Shown in pieces: positions 38,983-49,985 of a DNA stretch of 61,103 nucleotides; the stretch's first letter is position 1, and each line of letters begins with the position of its first letter. The notes under the pieces were generated by a model that did not search any database, had not been told where the DNA came from, and saw only the letters and a program-made list of their open reading frames with translations. Both the position numbers and the translations under genes were made by a program. The stretch lies in the NCBI GenBank assembly GCA_944392625.1, contig CALXXG010000055.1, positions 1 through 61,103 of the forward strand. Reading direction: 5' to 3'. The DNA comes from an uncultured Rickettsiales bacterium. GTDB lineage: Bacteria > Pseudomonadota > Alphaproteobacteria > Rickettsiales > UBA1997.

Positions 38983-39694
38983 TTATTTATCTAAATCTAA
39001 TTTAAAAACTAATTCATAAGCACTACATAAATTCTTATCTTCGCCATTGCAATCTATTCCATCAATATCATCATATTCTATGTCTCCAACTGTTGAGCCA
39101 ACTAATGCTCTAAATTTTCCACTTTTAGCAATTCCATCGTCAATTATTTGATCAATTCTTTTAGCCAATTTATAATCAAATACTGTGTAATTATCATCTG
39201 GATTAAAAATAAGGACGTTTAAAGCATTTTCAAATAATGTCATATCCCAAGAAGTATCAATAGAATTATTATACTCATATCTGCCATCTTTAAAAATTCT
39301 TGATTTTGGCATATTAACATCATCACAATCTTTACCCCCATGTATCACAAACTTTTGCATCAAAATCAAGTATTCCTTCATCATATAATTCTTCAAATGA
39401 TTGTTCCAAGGAACTTCCACAGATAAAATCATCAGCATTTTCACCACGTCCAAAACATCCCTTATTATATTTATCACTAGGCAGTCTTCCTCTAGCTAAA
39501 TAAAATGTATTTATTGCGGTCTTATAATTATTAGATTCATTAATAAATGCTCTTATTTTAGCACTTTCTATAAGAGACTGTCCACTTGTAATGCCCGCTA
39601 CTAATAGTCCTATTATTATAAGGACAATAGAAAGTTCAATTAAAGAGAAACCAAGATTAATATTAATATAATTATTATAATTTATAGTTTTCAT
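38983..39694 (-). pseudogene. Type IV pilin-like paralog interrupted by a 1-nt frameshift in a G5 tract
   Basis: The N-ORF (39332-39694, ...NLG/FSLIELSIVLIIIGLL) ends at a TAA directly after GGGGG (C5 at 39335-39339 on the plus strand). The reading continues in another frame (GKDCDDV...VFKLDLDK) to 38983. Confidence 0.7.
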
Positions 39695-39872
39695 TTTCCT
39701 ATATTAATTATTAATATGTTTTTATTAAATAATATATTTAAATTATAAAAAACAAGTCGTATATTAGAAAATTATAACAAAATATTATTTTAAACTCATT
39801 ACTAAAAAATTGTTGTTTTTTAAATATAATTTTGTAGATTATAAATATTCTAGTGATTAATAATAACTTAGT

Positions 39873-42827
39873 ATGACTAATAGCAATAAAAAAAATTCTG
39901 GAGGCAAAATAATTATAAAAATATTTTCATTAGTATTTAAGATTGTTTTGTCAGTAACTTCAATTTTATTTATTGCTTTGTTTTCTTTTTTAATAATACT
40001 TTCAGTAAAACCAAGAGTAATACCAGTTGTAAATAATTACATATTAAATAAAATCAACTCTCTGCCTGAAACAAAATTAAGTTTTGACTCATCAAATGCA
40101 ACTTTATATTTAGAATCACCTACAAAATTAATATATACAGTTAATAATTTAGTTTTAGAAAGTCATGATACTGAACTTAAACTATCAAAATTCATTTTAG
40201 ATTTAGATTTTATTGAATTATTATATAAAAAAATTACAATTAATACTATAATTCTTAAAGAAAGTAGTCTTAATATAGAAATCCCAACAGAAAAAGAAAA
40301 AAATAAAACAGAAAATTTTGATTATAAAAAAATAATAGTTGATATACAAAACTATATCTCAAAAGCATTATCAAATAAATTTTTAATTAAAAATTTTTCA
40401 TTGAGAGATTTTAATATAAACTTTTTGTCAAACAACAAAAATATTAATGTTTATATTAAAAATTCAAGTTTTGATATAAATATACAGGAAAATAATTTAA
40501 TTATAAATCAAAATACAGTATTTAATGTCAATAGTAGCAAACTAGATTCAAGGCTTATAACTGTCTGTGAAAATGAAAAGAAAAATAAAAAATGTAGCAT
40601 AAATATAAATGGCGTTAATTTGAATGATTATACTGACTTTTTTAATACAAATAGTACGTTATATGATTATACAAAAAATATAAAAGGTTTATTTGATATT
40701 AATATAAATTTTATTTTAAATGAGGATTTAGAATTTGAAAATGGAAATGCAACAATATCATCAAAAATAGGTAGTTTTGATTTAAGACAATTCTTTGATC
40801 AAAAAATAATTTTTGTAGATTTGATTGCTGAAGCTGATTTTAAGGATAATTTTAAACAAATTAACATAAATTCTGTAAAAACATATTTTGGAAAAACAGA
40901 CTTTATGATGAGTATGTCTATAACAGAAGAAGATGATTATAGAAATGTAGATTTGAATTTTGATATAAAAAATATTCAGCTAAAAAATTTAAAACAACTA
41001 TGGCCTAACTTTTTGGGACAAGAAGAAGGTATAAGACCTTGGGTTATAGAACATATACCAAATGGTATATCCCCTAGAGCCTGGGCTAAAATTAATATGA
41101 AATACTTTAAAAATGAAGATGATAAACATAGTTCTGGATTGCAAGAAATATATTCTGAAGTTCAAATACAAAAAGCGGAATTAAATTACAGTGATTACTT
41201 TCCAATAATAACAAATATAGATGGTTTAGCTATATTTACAAAAAACAATATGGACATCAAAATAACAAATGGAAATGTTCTAAGCACAAAAATCAATGAC
41301 GGAAGGCTATTTATGGATTTTACAAAAAACATTAAAAGCCTTTTGATATCGGCTCATGTAAATGGATTATTCTCTGATCTTTTTGTTCATATAGATAAAA
41401 GCGAACAAGAATTGATTGAAACAAAAGTGTCTGATATAGTTGAAGATTATTATGCAATAACAAAATTGGATATAAGTGTTCCAATAGTTGATGATATTGA
41501 CTTTTATAAAACTTCATTATCAATTAAAACGAATATTGTAAATAAATCAAATTATATTCTCAAAAATAGCTCAAATATACCTATAACATTTACAAAACCA
41601 AAAAATTCAGAAAAATTTTTTGGAAGTATAAATCTAACAAACAGCAATATAGAGTTTCTTCCTTTAAATCTTTATAAACCAGCAAAAAAAGATTTAAAGT
41701 TTGATTATGAATCTGTTCTAAAAGATTCAATAGTATATATAACAAAATTTGATCCAACTGTTGATTATATAAAATTTAACATTGATGGTATACTAGATAT
41801 TGATAAAAAAGAACAGGAAGTCAGTGCTGAAAATATAAAATATAATGGCTCTAACTACAATTTATATTATAAATCATTTGTAAAGAACAATAAGGTCTAC
41901 AACAATATAAATATTGTTGGTAACAACATAAATTATTCAAATATAATAGAAAGAATTAAAGATCCAACTCCAGAAGTTAAAAATACCAACAAAAGCGATA
42001 AAAATAAAATAGAAACAGAAACAAATATAACATTAGTCCTTAAATATTTTTCTTTTTTAGATAACAAAAAATTAATAAATCCTAGTATGTCTTTAAAAAT
42101 TAAAGATGAAAAAGTTGACTGCCTAAATTTTTATGCAGATATGGAAAATAAAAAATTTGTCAAATTAAAGTTTGATAAAAAAAATAAAATGTTCAATTTT
42201 AATTCAAATGACTTTGGAAGATTGTTTGATACAACAGGATTAACAGATAGAGTTAAAGATGGAAGTGGAGAGATTAATATAAATCAAAAAAATATTGATG
42301 GAAAAGATGTTTTAGTTGGCAATCTAAATATAACAAAAAAGTTTTCTATTGTTCCTGATGATTATGTAAAAAAAGAAGTTTTATCGGATGTCAAGCAAGA
42401 TAAAAACTTTAAAAAATTAGAAAAGGGCTTAAAGAAAGATACAGGTATTACTATTGATAAATTAAGAGGTGATTTTACTTATAATAATGATATACTAGTT
42501 TTAAAAGAAATTGTCGCAAATAGTAGATTTATTAGTCTTCAAATACTGATATCTGGCTTTGCAAATATGAAAACTGGAGAAATAGAAATGAATGGCCTAC
42601 TGGTGCCACTTGGCTTTATAAATGGTTTATTTGGTATAAATAAATTGCCTGTTATTGGTGAATTAATATTTGGTCAAAAAGATGCCGGTCTATTTGCTTC
42701 AAGATTTACCGTTAGAAAAAAGAATAATGATAGTAAAATGGATATTAATATAAATAAATTTTCAATGGTTTTGCCGGGTTTTTTAAGAAATATTTTTACA
42801 AGAAGCGAACCAATAAAAACTAATTAA
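39873..42827 (+). CDS. AsmA/YhdP-like (DUF3971-type) large envelope protein
   Basis: 984 aa, with an N-terminal TM anchor and a long beta-rich body. The C-terminal segment (...GEIEMNGLLVPLGFINGLFGINKLPVIGELIFGQKDAGLFASRFTV) resembles AsmA-like C-termini. Confidence 0.5.
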   Translation: MTNSNKKNSGGKIIIKIFSLVFKIVLSVTSILFIALFSFLIILSVKPRVIPVVNNYILNKINSLPETKLSFDSSNATLYLESPTKLIYTVNNLVLESHDTELKLSKFILDLDFIELLYKKITINTIILKESSLNIEIPTEKEKNKTENFDYKKIIVDIQNYISKALSNKFLIKNFSLRDFNINFLSNNKNINVYIKNSSFDINIQENNLIINQNTVFNVNSSKLDSRLITVCENEKKNKKCSININGVNLNDYTDFFNTNSTLYDYTKNIKGLFDININFILNEDLEFENGNATISSKIGSFDLRQFFDQKIIFVDLIAEADFKDNFKQININSVKTYFGKTDFMMSMSITEEDDYRNVDLNFDIKNIQLKNLKQLWPNFLGQEEGIRPWVIEHIPNGISPRAWAKINMKYFKNEDDKHSSGLQEIYSEVQIQKAELNYSDYFPIITNIDGLAIFTKNNMDIKITNGNVLSTKINDGRLFMDFTKNIKSLLISAHVNGLFSDLFVHIDKSEQELIETKVSDIVEDYYAITKLDISVPIVDDIDFYKTSLSIKTNIVNKSNYILKNSSNIPITFTKPKNSEKFFGSINLTNSNIEFLPLNLYKPAKKDLKFDYESVLKDSIVYITKFDPTVDYIKFNIDGILDIDKKEQEVSAENIKYNGSNYNLYYKSFVKNNKVYNNINIVGNNINYSNIIERIKDPTPEVKNTNKSDKNKIETETNITLVLKYFSFLDNKKLINPSMSLKIKDEKVDCLNFYADMENKKFVKLKFDKKNKMFNFNSNDFGRLFDTTGLTDRVKDGSGEININQKNIDGKDVLVGNLNITKKFSIVPDDYVKKEVLSDVKQDKNFKKLEKGLKKDTGITIDKLRGDFTYNNDILVLKEIVANSRFISLQILISGFANMKTGEIEMNGLLVPLGFINGLFGINKLPVIGELIFGQKDAGLFASRFTVRKKNNDSKMDININKFSMVLPGFLRNIFTRSEPIKTN

Positions 42828-42840
42828 AATCTTGATTTCA

Positions 42841-42915
42841 AGAGTAATTATGGAGGCCGGAGTCGGAATCGAACCGACGCATAGAAGCTTTGCAGGCCAC
42901 GGCATTACCACTTTG
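42841..42915 (-). tRNA. tRNA-Cys (GCA)
   Basis: Minus-strand cloverleaf GGCCGGA...CTGCAAA...GTCGGTTCGATTCCGAC TCCGGCC T CCA. Shows the U73 discriminator and A13:A22 mismatch typical of tRNA-Cys. CCA is encoded. Confidence 0.9.
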
Positions 42916-43035
42916 CTATCCGGCCATAATTAACTGTCGTTTAATATTATTACATTTTAATATTTCTTAGTCAAGTAATTTTTTAAAAAAATATTTGACA
43001 ATTAAAAAACATAGTTTTATAATTAATAAAGTTGT

Positions 43036-43112
43036 GGGGACTTAGCTCAGTTGGCTAGAGCGACTGGTCTGCACCCAGTAGGTCGAGAGTTCGAATCTCT
43101 TAGTCTCCACCA
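43036..43112 (+). tRNA. tRNA-Ala (UGC) with C at position 33
   Basis: GGGGACT...ACTGG TCTGCAC CCAGT...GAGAGTTCGAATCTCTT AGTCTCC A CCA. Has the G3:U70 identity pair and A73. The anticodon loop reads U-C-U-G-C-A-C. Confidence 0.88.
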
Positions 43113-43165
43113 TTCATTTACAATCCATATAATATTATAATTTTAACTATCAATCTAAAATATTA

Positions 43166-43969
43166 TTATATATTTTTTTTAATTTTATTCATACAATCGT
43201 CAATAAAATTGAATTTTTTCATCATAAGTTCTTTAGTCTTTTTTCCAGTTTTTGTTTTTTCAACCTTTGAAAGCTTTATAGTTCTATTTGTTGCAAACCA
43301 AAAATCAGCTACACTAGATAAAGTTTCATTAATGCAAGAATTATAATAGAAGCTTCTAAAAATTTCCATCTCACCAAGTTCAGCCATATTATCAGCATCA
43401 TATAAAATATTTGCATATATAGTTCCACTTTTTTTTTTTCTTATGGTTGAAGAAACTATATTTATAAACTCCTCATTAAAATCGTCCCTTAAAATCTCTT
43501 TAACCATGTCGGCACCAATTTCATCATGATCTATATTAAGTCTTTTTTCAAGCTCCGCAAATCCTTCAGCATCAACATTTTTATAATATTTGGCACTCTT
43601 TCCTATATCGTGAAATAATGCGGTTATTATGGATATTTCCCTTTCTTTTTCATTCAAGCCTAAATTCTTTGCTATAGTATTTGACAAGAAAGCAACATTC
43701 TGGCTGTGGTAAAATCTAAAATTCTGTCCGCCGCTAAATTCAAAACAATCGCAAAAACTATCATTTAAAAAATTTATATACTTTTTATATTTCAAAAATT
43801 CTTCTATTTTTGATAAATCAATTTCGCTTAATAGATTATCAAAAAATTCATCAAAAAACTCATTTCTAAAATTTTGCTTTTGAATTTCTGCAATTTCGCC
43901 CATAGTTTTATGCTTTACTGCATTTTCACCAATTAGTCTAAAAAGATTTTCATAGTTATTTTTTTCCAT
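43166..43969 (-). CDS. HD-domain metal-dependent phosphohydrolase
   Basis: ITALFHDIGK and DHDEIGADMV (HD...D pattern). Confidence 0.65.
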   Translation of the reverse strand: MEKNNYENLFRLIGENAVKHKTMGEIAEIQKQNFRNEFFDEFFDNLLSEIDLSKIEEFLKYKKYINFLNDSFCDCFEFSGGQNFRFYHSQNVAFLSNTIAKNLGLNEKEREISIITALFHDIGKSAKYYKNVDAEGFAELEKRLNIDHDEIGADMVKEILRDDFNEEFINIVSSTIRKKKSGTIYANILYDADNMAELGEMEIFRSFYYNSCINETLSSVADFWFATNRTIKLSKVEKTKTGKKTKELMMKKFNFIDDCMNKIKKNI

Positions 43970-43987
43970 ATTTGCCCTGATAAAATT

Positions 43988-44010
43988 ATAGGCTATTTAA
44001 AATAGCCTAT
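43988..44010 (-). terminator. gatB terminator hairpin
   Basis: ATAGGCTATT-TAA-AATAGCCTAT. Confidence 0.55.
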
Positions 44011-44016
44011 TAATTA

Positions 44017-45498
44017 CTAGCCCAATTTTTTCTTTAAAATTTCATTTATGACTTTTGGATTAGCTTTTCCACCGCTTGCCTTCATTGTTTGTCCAACAAA
44101 AAATCCGAATAGTCTTTCATTTCCGCCTTTATATTGCTCAACCTGTTTTGGATTTGCAGCAATAACTTCATCAATAACTTTTTCAATGGCCGCAGTGTCA
44201 ACAACCTGTTTTAGACCTTTTTCTTCAACAATTTTACCCGCAGGTTGTTTTGTTTCAACCATTATATCCAATACGTCCTTTGCAATTTTTCCCGAAATTG
44301 TTTCATCCTTTATCAAATTTAACAATTCAATCAACATTTCAGCTGATACAGGACTATTTTCAATAGTTAAAGCCATTTTGTTTAATCGCCCAAAAAGTTC
44401 AGATGTAATCCAATTTGCAGCAAGTTTTGGATCATGAACAGCAACTACAGTTTCAAAATAGGAACTAATAAAGGTAGAAGCTGTCAAAACTCCTGCATCA
44501 TAATCACTTAGTTTATATTCCGCAATATATCTAGCCTTTTTCGCTTCTGGCAATTCCGGCATTTCTTTTCTAACGTCTTCAATTAATTCCTCTGTAATAA
44601 CTAAAGGTGCCAAATCTGGATCTGGAAAATATCTATAATCAATAGCATCTTCCTTGCTTCTCATTGTAGTTGTTTCACCAGTTAAAGCGTTAAATCTTCT
44701 AGTTTCTTGACTTATTTCTCCACCGTCTTCAAGAATATCTATTTGCCTTTTAGCCTCTATTTCTATAGCCTCACCAACATTCTTAATAGAGTTCATATTT
44801 TTAATCTCACATCTGGTGCCCAATTTTTCAACGCCAACTCTTCTAACTGATACGTTTGCATCACATCTCATACTGCCTTTTTCCATATCAGCACTAGAAG
44901 TATCAAGTGCTCTTAACAATGTTCTGAGTTCCTTTAGATACTCCATAGCCTCATATGGACTTCTTAAATCAGGTTCAGATACTATTTCAAGCAAACAAAC
45001 GCCGCTTCTATTTAAATCAACTAAAGTCAAAGAAGGATGTTGATCGTGAATTGACTTTCCCGCGTCCTGCTCCATATGGGCCTCATGTATTCTAATTTTT
45101 TTCTTTGTCTTATCTTCAAGCTCTATTTCAAGCCAACCGTTTTTAATTATTGGATAATAGAATTGAGTTATTTGATAGCCAGAAGGCAAGTCTTGATAAA
45201 AATAATTTTTTCTATCAAAAACACTTTTCATATTGAACTCAGCATTTAACCCTAAACCAGTTTTTACAGCTTGTCTAACAGCCTCTTGATTAATAACCGG
45301 CAGCTGTCCTGGCATTGCATTATCATAAAATGATACATGCGTATTCTGCGGACTTCCAAACTCCGTTGAGCTTCTTGAAAACAACTTTGATTTTGTCTTT
45401 ACTTGACAATGCACCTCAAGTCCAATAACAACTTCCCATAATCCCGTCTTACCTTCTAAATTGTAAACCATTTTACTATTTTTTATTATATACTTCAC
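44017..45498 (-). CDS. gatB: Asp/Glu-tRNA amidotransferase subunit B
   Basis: WEVVIGLEVHCQV, RCDANVSVR, C-terminal YqeY-like tail. An alternative start at M10 is possible. Confidence 0.95.
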   Translation of the reverse strand: MKYIIKNSKMVYNLEGKTGLWEVVIGLEVHCQVKTKSKLFSRSSTEFGSPQNTHVSFYDNAMPGQLPVINQEAVRQAVKTGLGLNAEFNMKSVFDRKNYFYQDLPSGYQITQFYYPIIKNGWLEIELEDKTKKKIRIHEAHMEQDAGKSIHDQHPSLTLVDLNRSGVCLLEIVSEPDLRSPYEAMEYLKELRTLLRALDTSSADMEKGSMRCDANVSVRRVGVEKLGTRCEIKNMNSIKNVGEAIEIEAKRQIDILEDGGEISQETRRFNALTGETTTMRSKEDAIDYRYFPDPDLAPLVITEELIEDVRKEMPELPEAKKARYIAEYKLSDYDAGVLTASTFISSYFETVVAVHDPKLAANWITSELFGRLNKMALTIENSPVSAEMLIELLNLIKDETISGKIAKDVLDIMVETKQPAGKIVEEKGLKQVVDTAAIEKVIDEVIAANPKQVEQYKGGNERLFGFFVGQTMKASGGKANPKVINEILKKKLG

Positions 45499-45652
45499 TA
45501 AGAATAAGCTTTATTTTTTTCTTTTCAAGTAAAAATAAATTTTGTTATATATTTATATATGTATCTTTATAATCTTTTATTTTAATTTTTTCTAATTTAA
45601 GATCTTTATTTAAAAATTTCGTAGCATTTTTATAGGCAGATTTAAAATACTT

Positions 45653-47068
45653 TTAAGTTAAGCCTATACCGTTTTCATCTTTTATTTCTTTTTTTATTTT
45701 TTGTCTAAAATTTTTAACAGCATAATTTGCTATTTTTTTATCAAACTCATTACAAAGTTTTATTTTTTCTTTGTTATTATTGCTATTTATTTTATTATTT
45801 ACTTCAATTACTTTATTATCTGTATATACTTTATCTTCATATATTTTGTCAATTGTCTCTAAATTATTATATTTTACCAATTCTAAAATGGCTGACATTG
45901 CAAATAAAGTGCAACAATTTCCATGCTGTATTTGAGTTGAATTTAGAATTTTTATATTTTCTTGCATTTCTTCATTTATATCGTCATAGTTTCCATTTTT
46001 ATTAATCTTACTATCCGCATAGGAAGAATCAAAAACATAAGCTTTTTTGTCTGGATATAAATTAGGATTTGGAATAATTATTGCTAAAGAATGGTTATTA
46101 TTTTTATTACTGATTAATCCAACTTTAAATTCCGGCTTTTTGTTACCTTCTTTAAAATATTTGTTTTGAAAATCTTTAAGCGTTTTAGGTTGATTTTTTT
46201 CTGCATTTAAAATTACAAAAAGTTTATCTTTATTTATGTCATCAATATGAGTAATCAAATAAGCATTTGCAAGTTTTTGTCCTAAATTATTATTTAAAAA
46301 GTCAACTTCCTGTAAAAATTTATTCATTATACTATCAACTATACTTTTAGCATTTTTACCTATTATTTCATATCCTCTTCCATTATCTTCTTTTTCTTTT
46401 ATTATCAATTTTTCATTATTGTCATTTTGATTAAAAAAAGTATATTCTCCTTCTTTTGTGGTATACATTATATCTCTACCATTCGGATAATATATAATTT
46501 CTTTTTCAACTTTTAATTTTATATTTTTATCATCTTTTATAAAAATAATATCTCTTAATTTTTTGCCATTTTTAAATTCTACTCTCTTTTTTAAAATATT
46601 TTCTACACCTTTCCTATTATTAATATCAAATGTTTGATATTCACTTTCTTTATTAGCAATATTTGTTATAATAAAATTATTTTCATTAGCAAGACTTTCA
46701 AATACAAGTATTTTTTTATTTGTAAACATTAATAATTTTAATTTTAAGTCATTGATTTCAATTTTTTTTACATCATCTTCTATAACAATATCGCCATTAT
46801 ATTCTTTTTTGTCTTCATCTCCTAAAAATCTAATTTTAAAATTTCCATTTGCGCATTTTTCTATTGTACATTCTTTAATATCAAATATTTTATCATCATT
46901 TTCAAAAGGAAAATTATAAATTATTTGATGCCCATCAGAAAAATGAGGTATATTTTCTATAATATCATTTCTTGTTTTTATTCTTTTTAAAAAATTAGTA
47001 AATTTTGAGAACAACTTTAATTTATTTTTATCATTTGCTTGATTTGAAGATCTTGTTTGGTTTTCCAT
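45653..47068 (-). CDS. Hypothetical protein with a C-terminal CE-clan (Ulp1/SENP-like) cysteine protease signature; candidate effector
   Basis: Ordered His...Asp...Gln-x5-Cys: NNHSLAIIIPN, 21 aa later YVFDSS, about 32 aa later QIQHGNCCTLFAMS. Confidence 0.45.
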   Translation of the reverse strand: MENQTRSSNQANDKNKLKLFSKFTNFLKRIKTRNDIIENIPHFSDGHQIIYNFPFENDDKIFDIKECTIEKCANGNFKIRFLGDEDKKEYNGDIVIEDDVKKIEINDLKLKLLMFTNKKILVFESLANENNFIITNIANKESEYQTFDINNRKGVENILKKRVEFKNGKKLRDIIFIKDDKNIKLKVEKEIIYYPNGRDIMYTTKEGEYTFFNQNDNNEKLIIKEKEDNGRGYEIIGKNAKSIVDSIMNKFLQEVDFLNNNLGQKLANAYLITHIDDINKDKLFVILNAEKNQPKTLKDFQNKYFKEGNKKPEFKVGLISNKNNNHSLAIIIPNPNLYPDKKAYVFDSSYADSKINKNGNYDDINEEMQENIKILNSTQIQHGNCCTLFAMSAILELVKYNNLETIDKIYEDKVYTDNKVIEVNNKINSNNNKEKIKLCNEFDKKIANYAVKNFRQKIKKEIKDENGIGLT

Positions 47069-47438
47069 AGTATCATTAATTATAGAAACATAATGTAATT
47101 TTATATAAAAATAATTGAAAAAGCAATAAAAAATATGTAGTTCTGTAGATTGTCAAAAAGTATCAGCTAAAGTACATATATAAAAAAAGATGAATAGATG
47201 TATATATGGAATTGGTCTATTTAATACTATAATTATTATAATTACAAACAATATTATTAGTTAGCGATACAGTATTTTAAACAATCTATTTCAAAATATG
47301 GACAACATAAAAATGAAATAAATCAAATATTAAATAAATTACAAAAAGATAAGCGGCAAAATATTCAAAATAATAAATAAATATGATACATATTTTATCT
47401 ATATTTCTATAAATAAAATATTAAAAGGTATCTTTATT

Positions 47439-49586
<2,148 letters not shown>

Positions 49587-49699
49587 TTAATTTAATAATT
49601 AAAATCTACTTAAAATTTTTTCAATTTTAAGGGATATTATCTTTATTTATAAAATTTTATTATAGCAATTACTGTCAATTTAGAATCAAAAAATTATGA

Positions 49700-49880
49700 A
49701 GCGAGTGGGAGTTAGAACATCCTGTACAGTTCAGGACTTACGGCTTTTAGTATATGTAAAAAGCCATTACTTGGACATGGCCGTAAGCTCCCACTCATGT
49801 GGGTAAAGTGCCCAGTAAAAATACTGAGAAAAACTGCATTGAGAGTTCTAATTCTCAACCCAATATTCCTACTGGGCTTA
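49700..49880. ncRNA. Unassigned GC-enriched structured element (strand and family undetermined)
   Basis: A continuous 17-nt strand GCCGTAAGCTCCCACTC (49780-49796) pairs with GAGTGGGAG (49703-11) plus CTTACGGC (49737-44) around an inserted hairpin TCCTG-N7-CAGGA. A second domain is GCCCAGTA (49810-17)/TACTGGGC (49870-77) enclosing TTGAGA-N8-TCTCAA. Confidence 0.35.
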
Positions 49881-49985
49881 ACTATTATTAGTTGTAAAAT
49901 TTTAAAAATCAAGATTTTTTACATTGCAATTATTACTCACAACGACTTTTGTATTATATAGTGCTATTTTAAAAATATTCAAGAG

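Noticed and set aside
44048-44437. Long antisense ORFs inside well-supported genes. Examples: 44048-44437 in gatB, 49093-49506 in ligA, 50554-51003 in prfB, 25201-25641 in the CcdA-like gene, 31806-32270, 22052-22411 in tkt and 11252-11533 in gyrA.
   Set aside because: All lie opposite confidently identified genes. They are Ser/Phe/Leu/Ile-rich with no motifs or RBS. They are consistent with codon-bias-driven shadow ORFs.
49700-49880. Assigning the structured element to RNase P RNA, SRP (4.5S) RNA, tmRNA or a group II intron domain V.
   Set aside because: - RNase P: the candidate P4-like strands (AAGUGCCCAG and CUGGGCUU) are only about 55 nt apart, far too close.
- SRP: there is no GNRA-capped helix 8 with AGG/AGCA loops.
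- tmRNA: there is no T-loop or CCA end.
- Domain V: the 11-bp domain-V-like stem encloses about 45 nt instead of about 14.

The element is left unassigned.
49712-49912. The 66-aa minus-strand ORF in the prfB-ligA spacer.
   Set aside because: It coincides exactly with the GC-rich paired segments, has no ribosome-binding site and has an implausible composition. An RNA structure is the better explanation.
49953-49982. A sigma-70-like promoter on the minus strand (TTGAAT, 16-18 nt spacer, TATATAAT) just after prfB.
   Set aside because: Such hexamer pairs occur frequently by chance in DNA this AT-rich. It is noted only as a possible start for a ligA leader or sRNA and is not listed as a feature.
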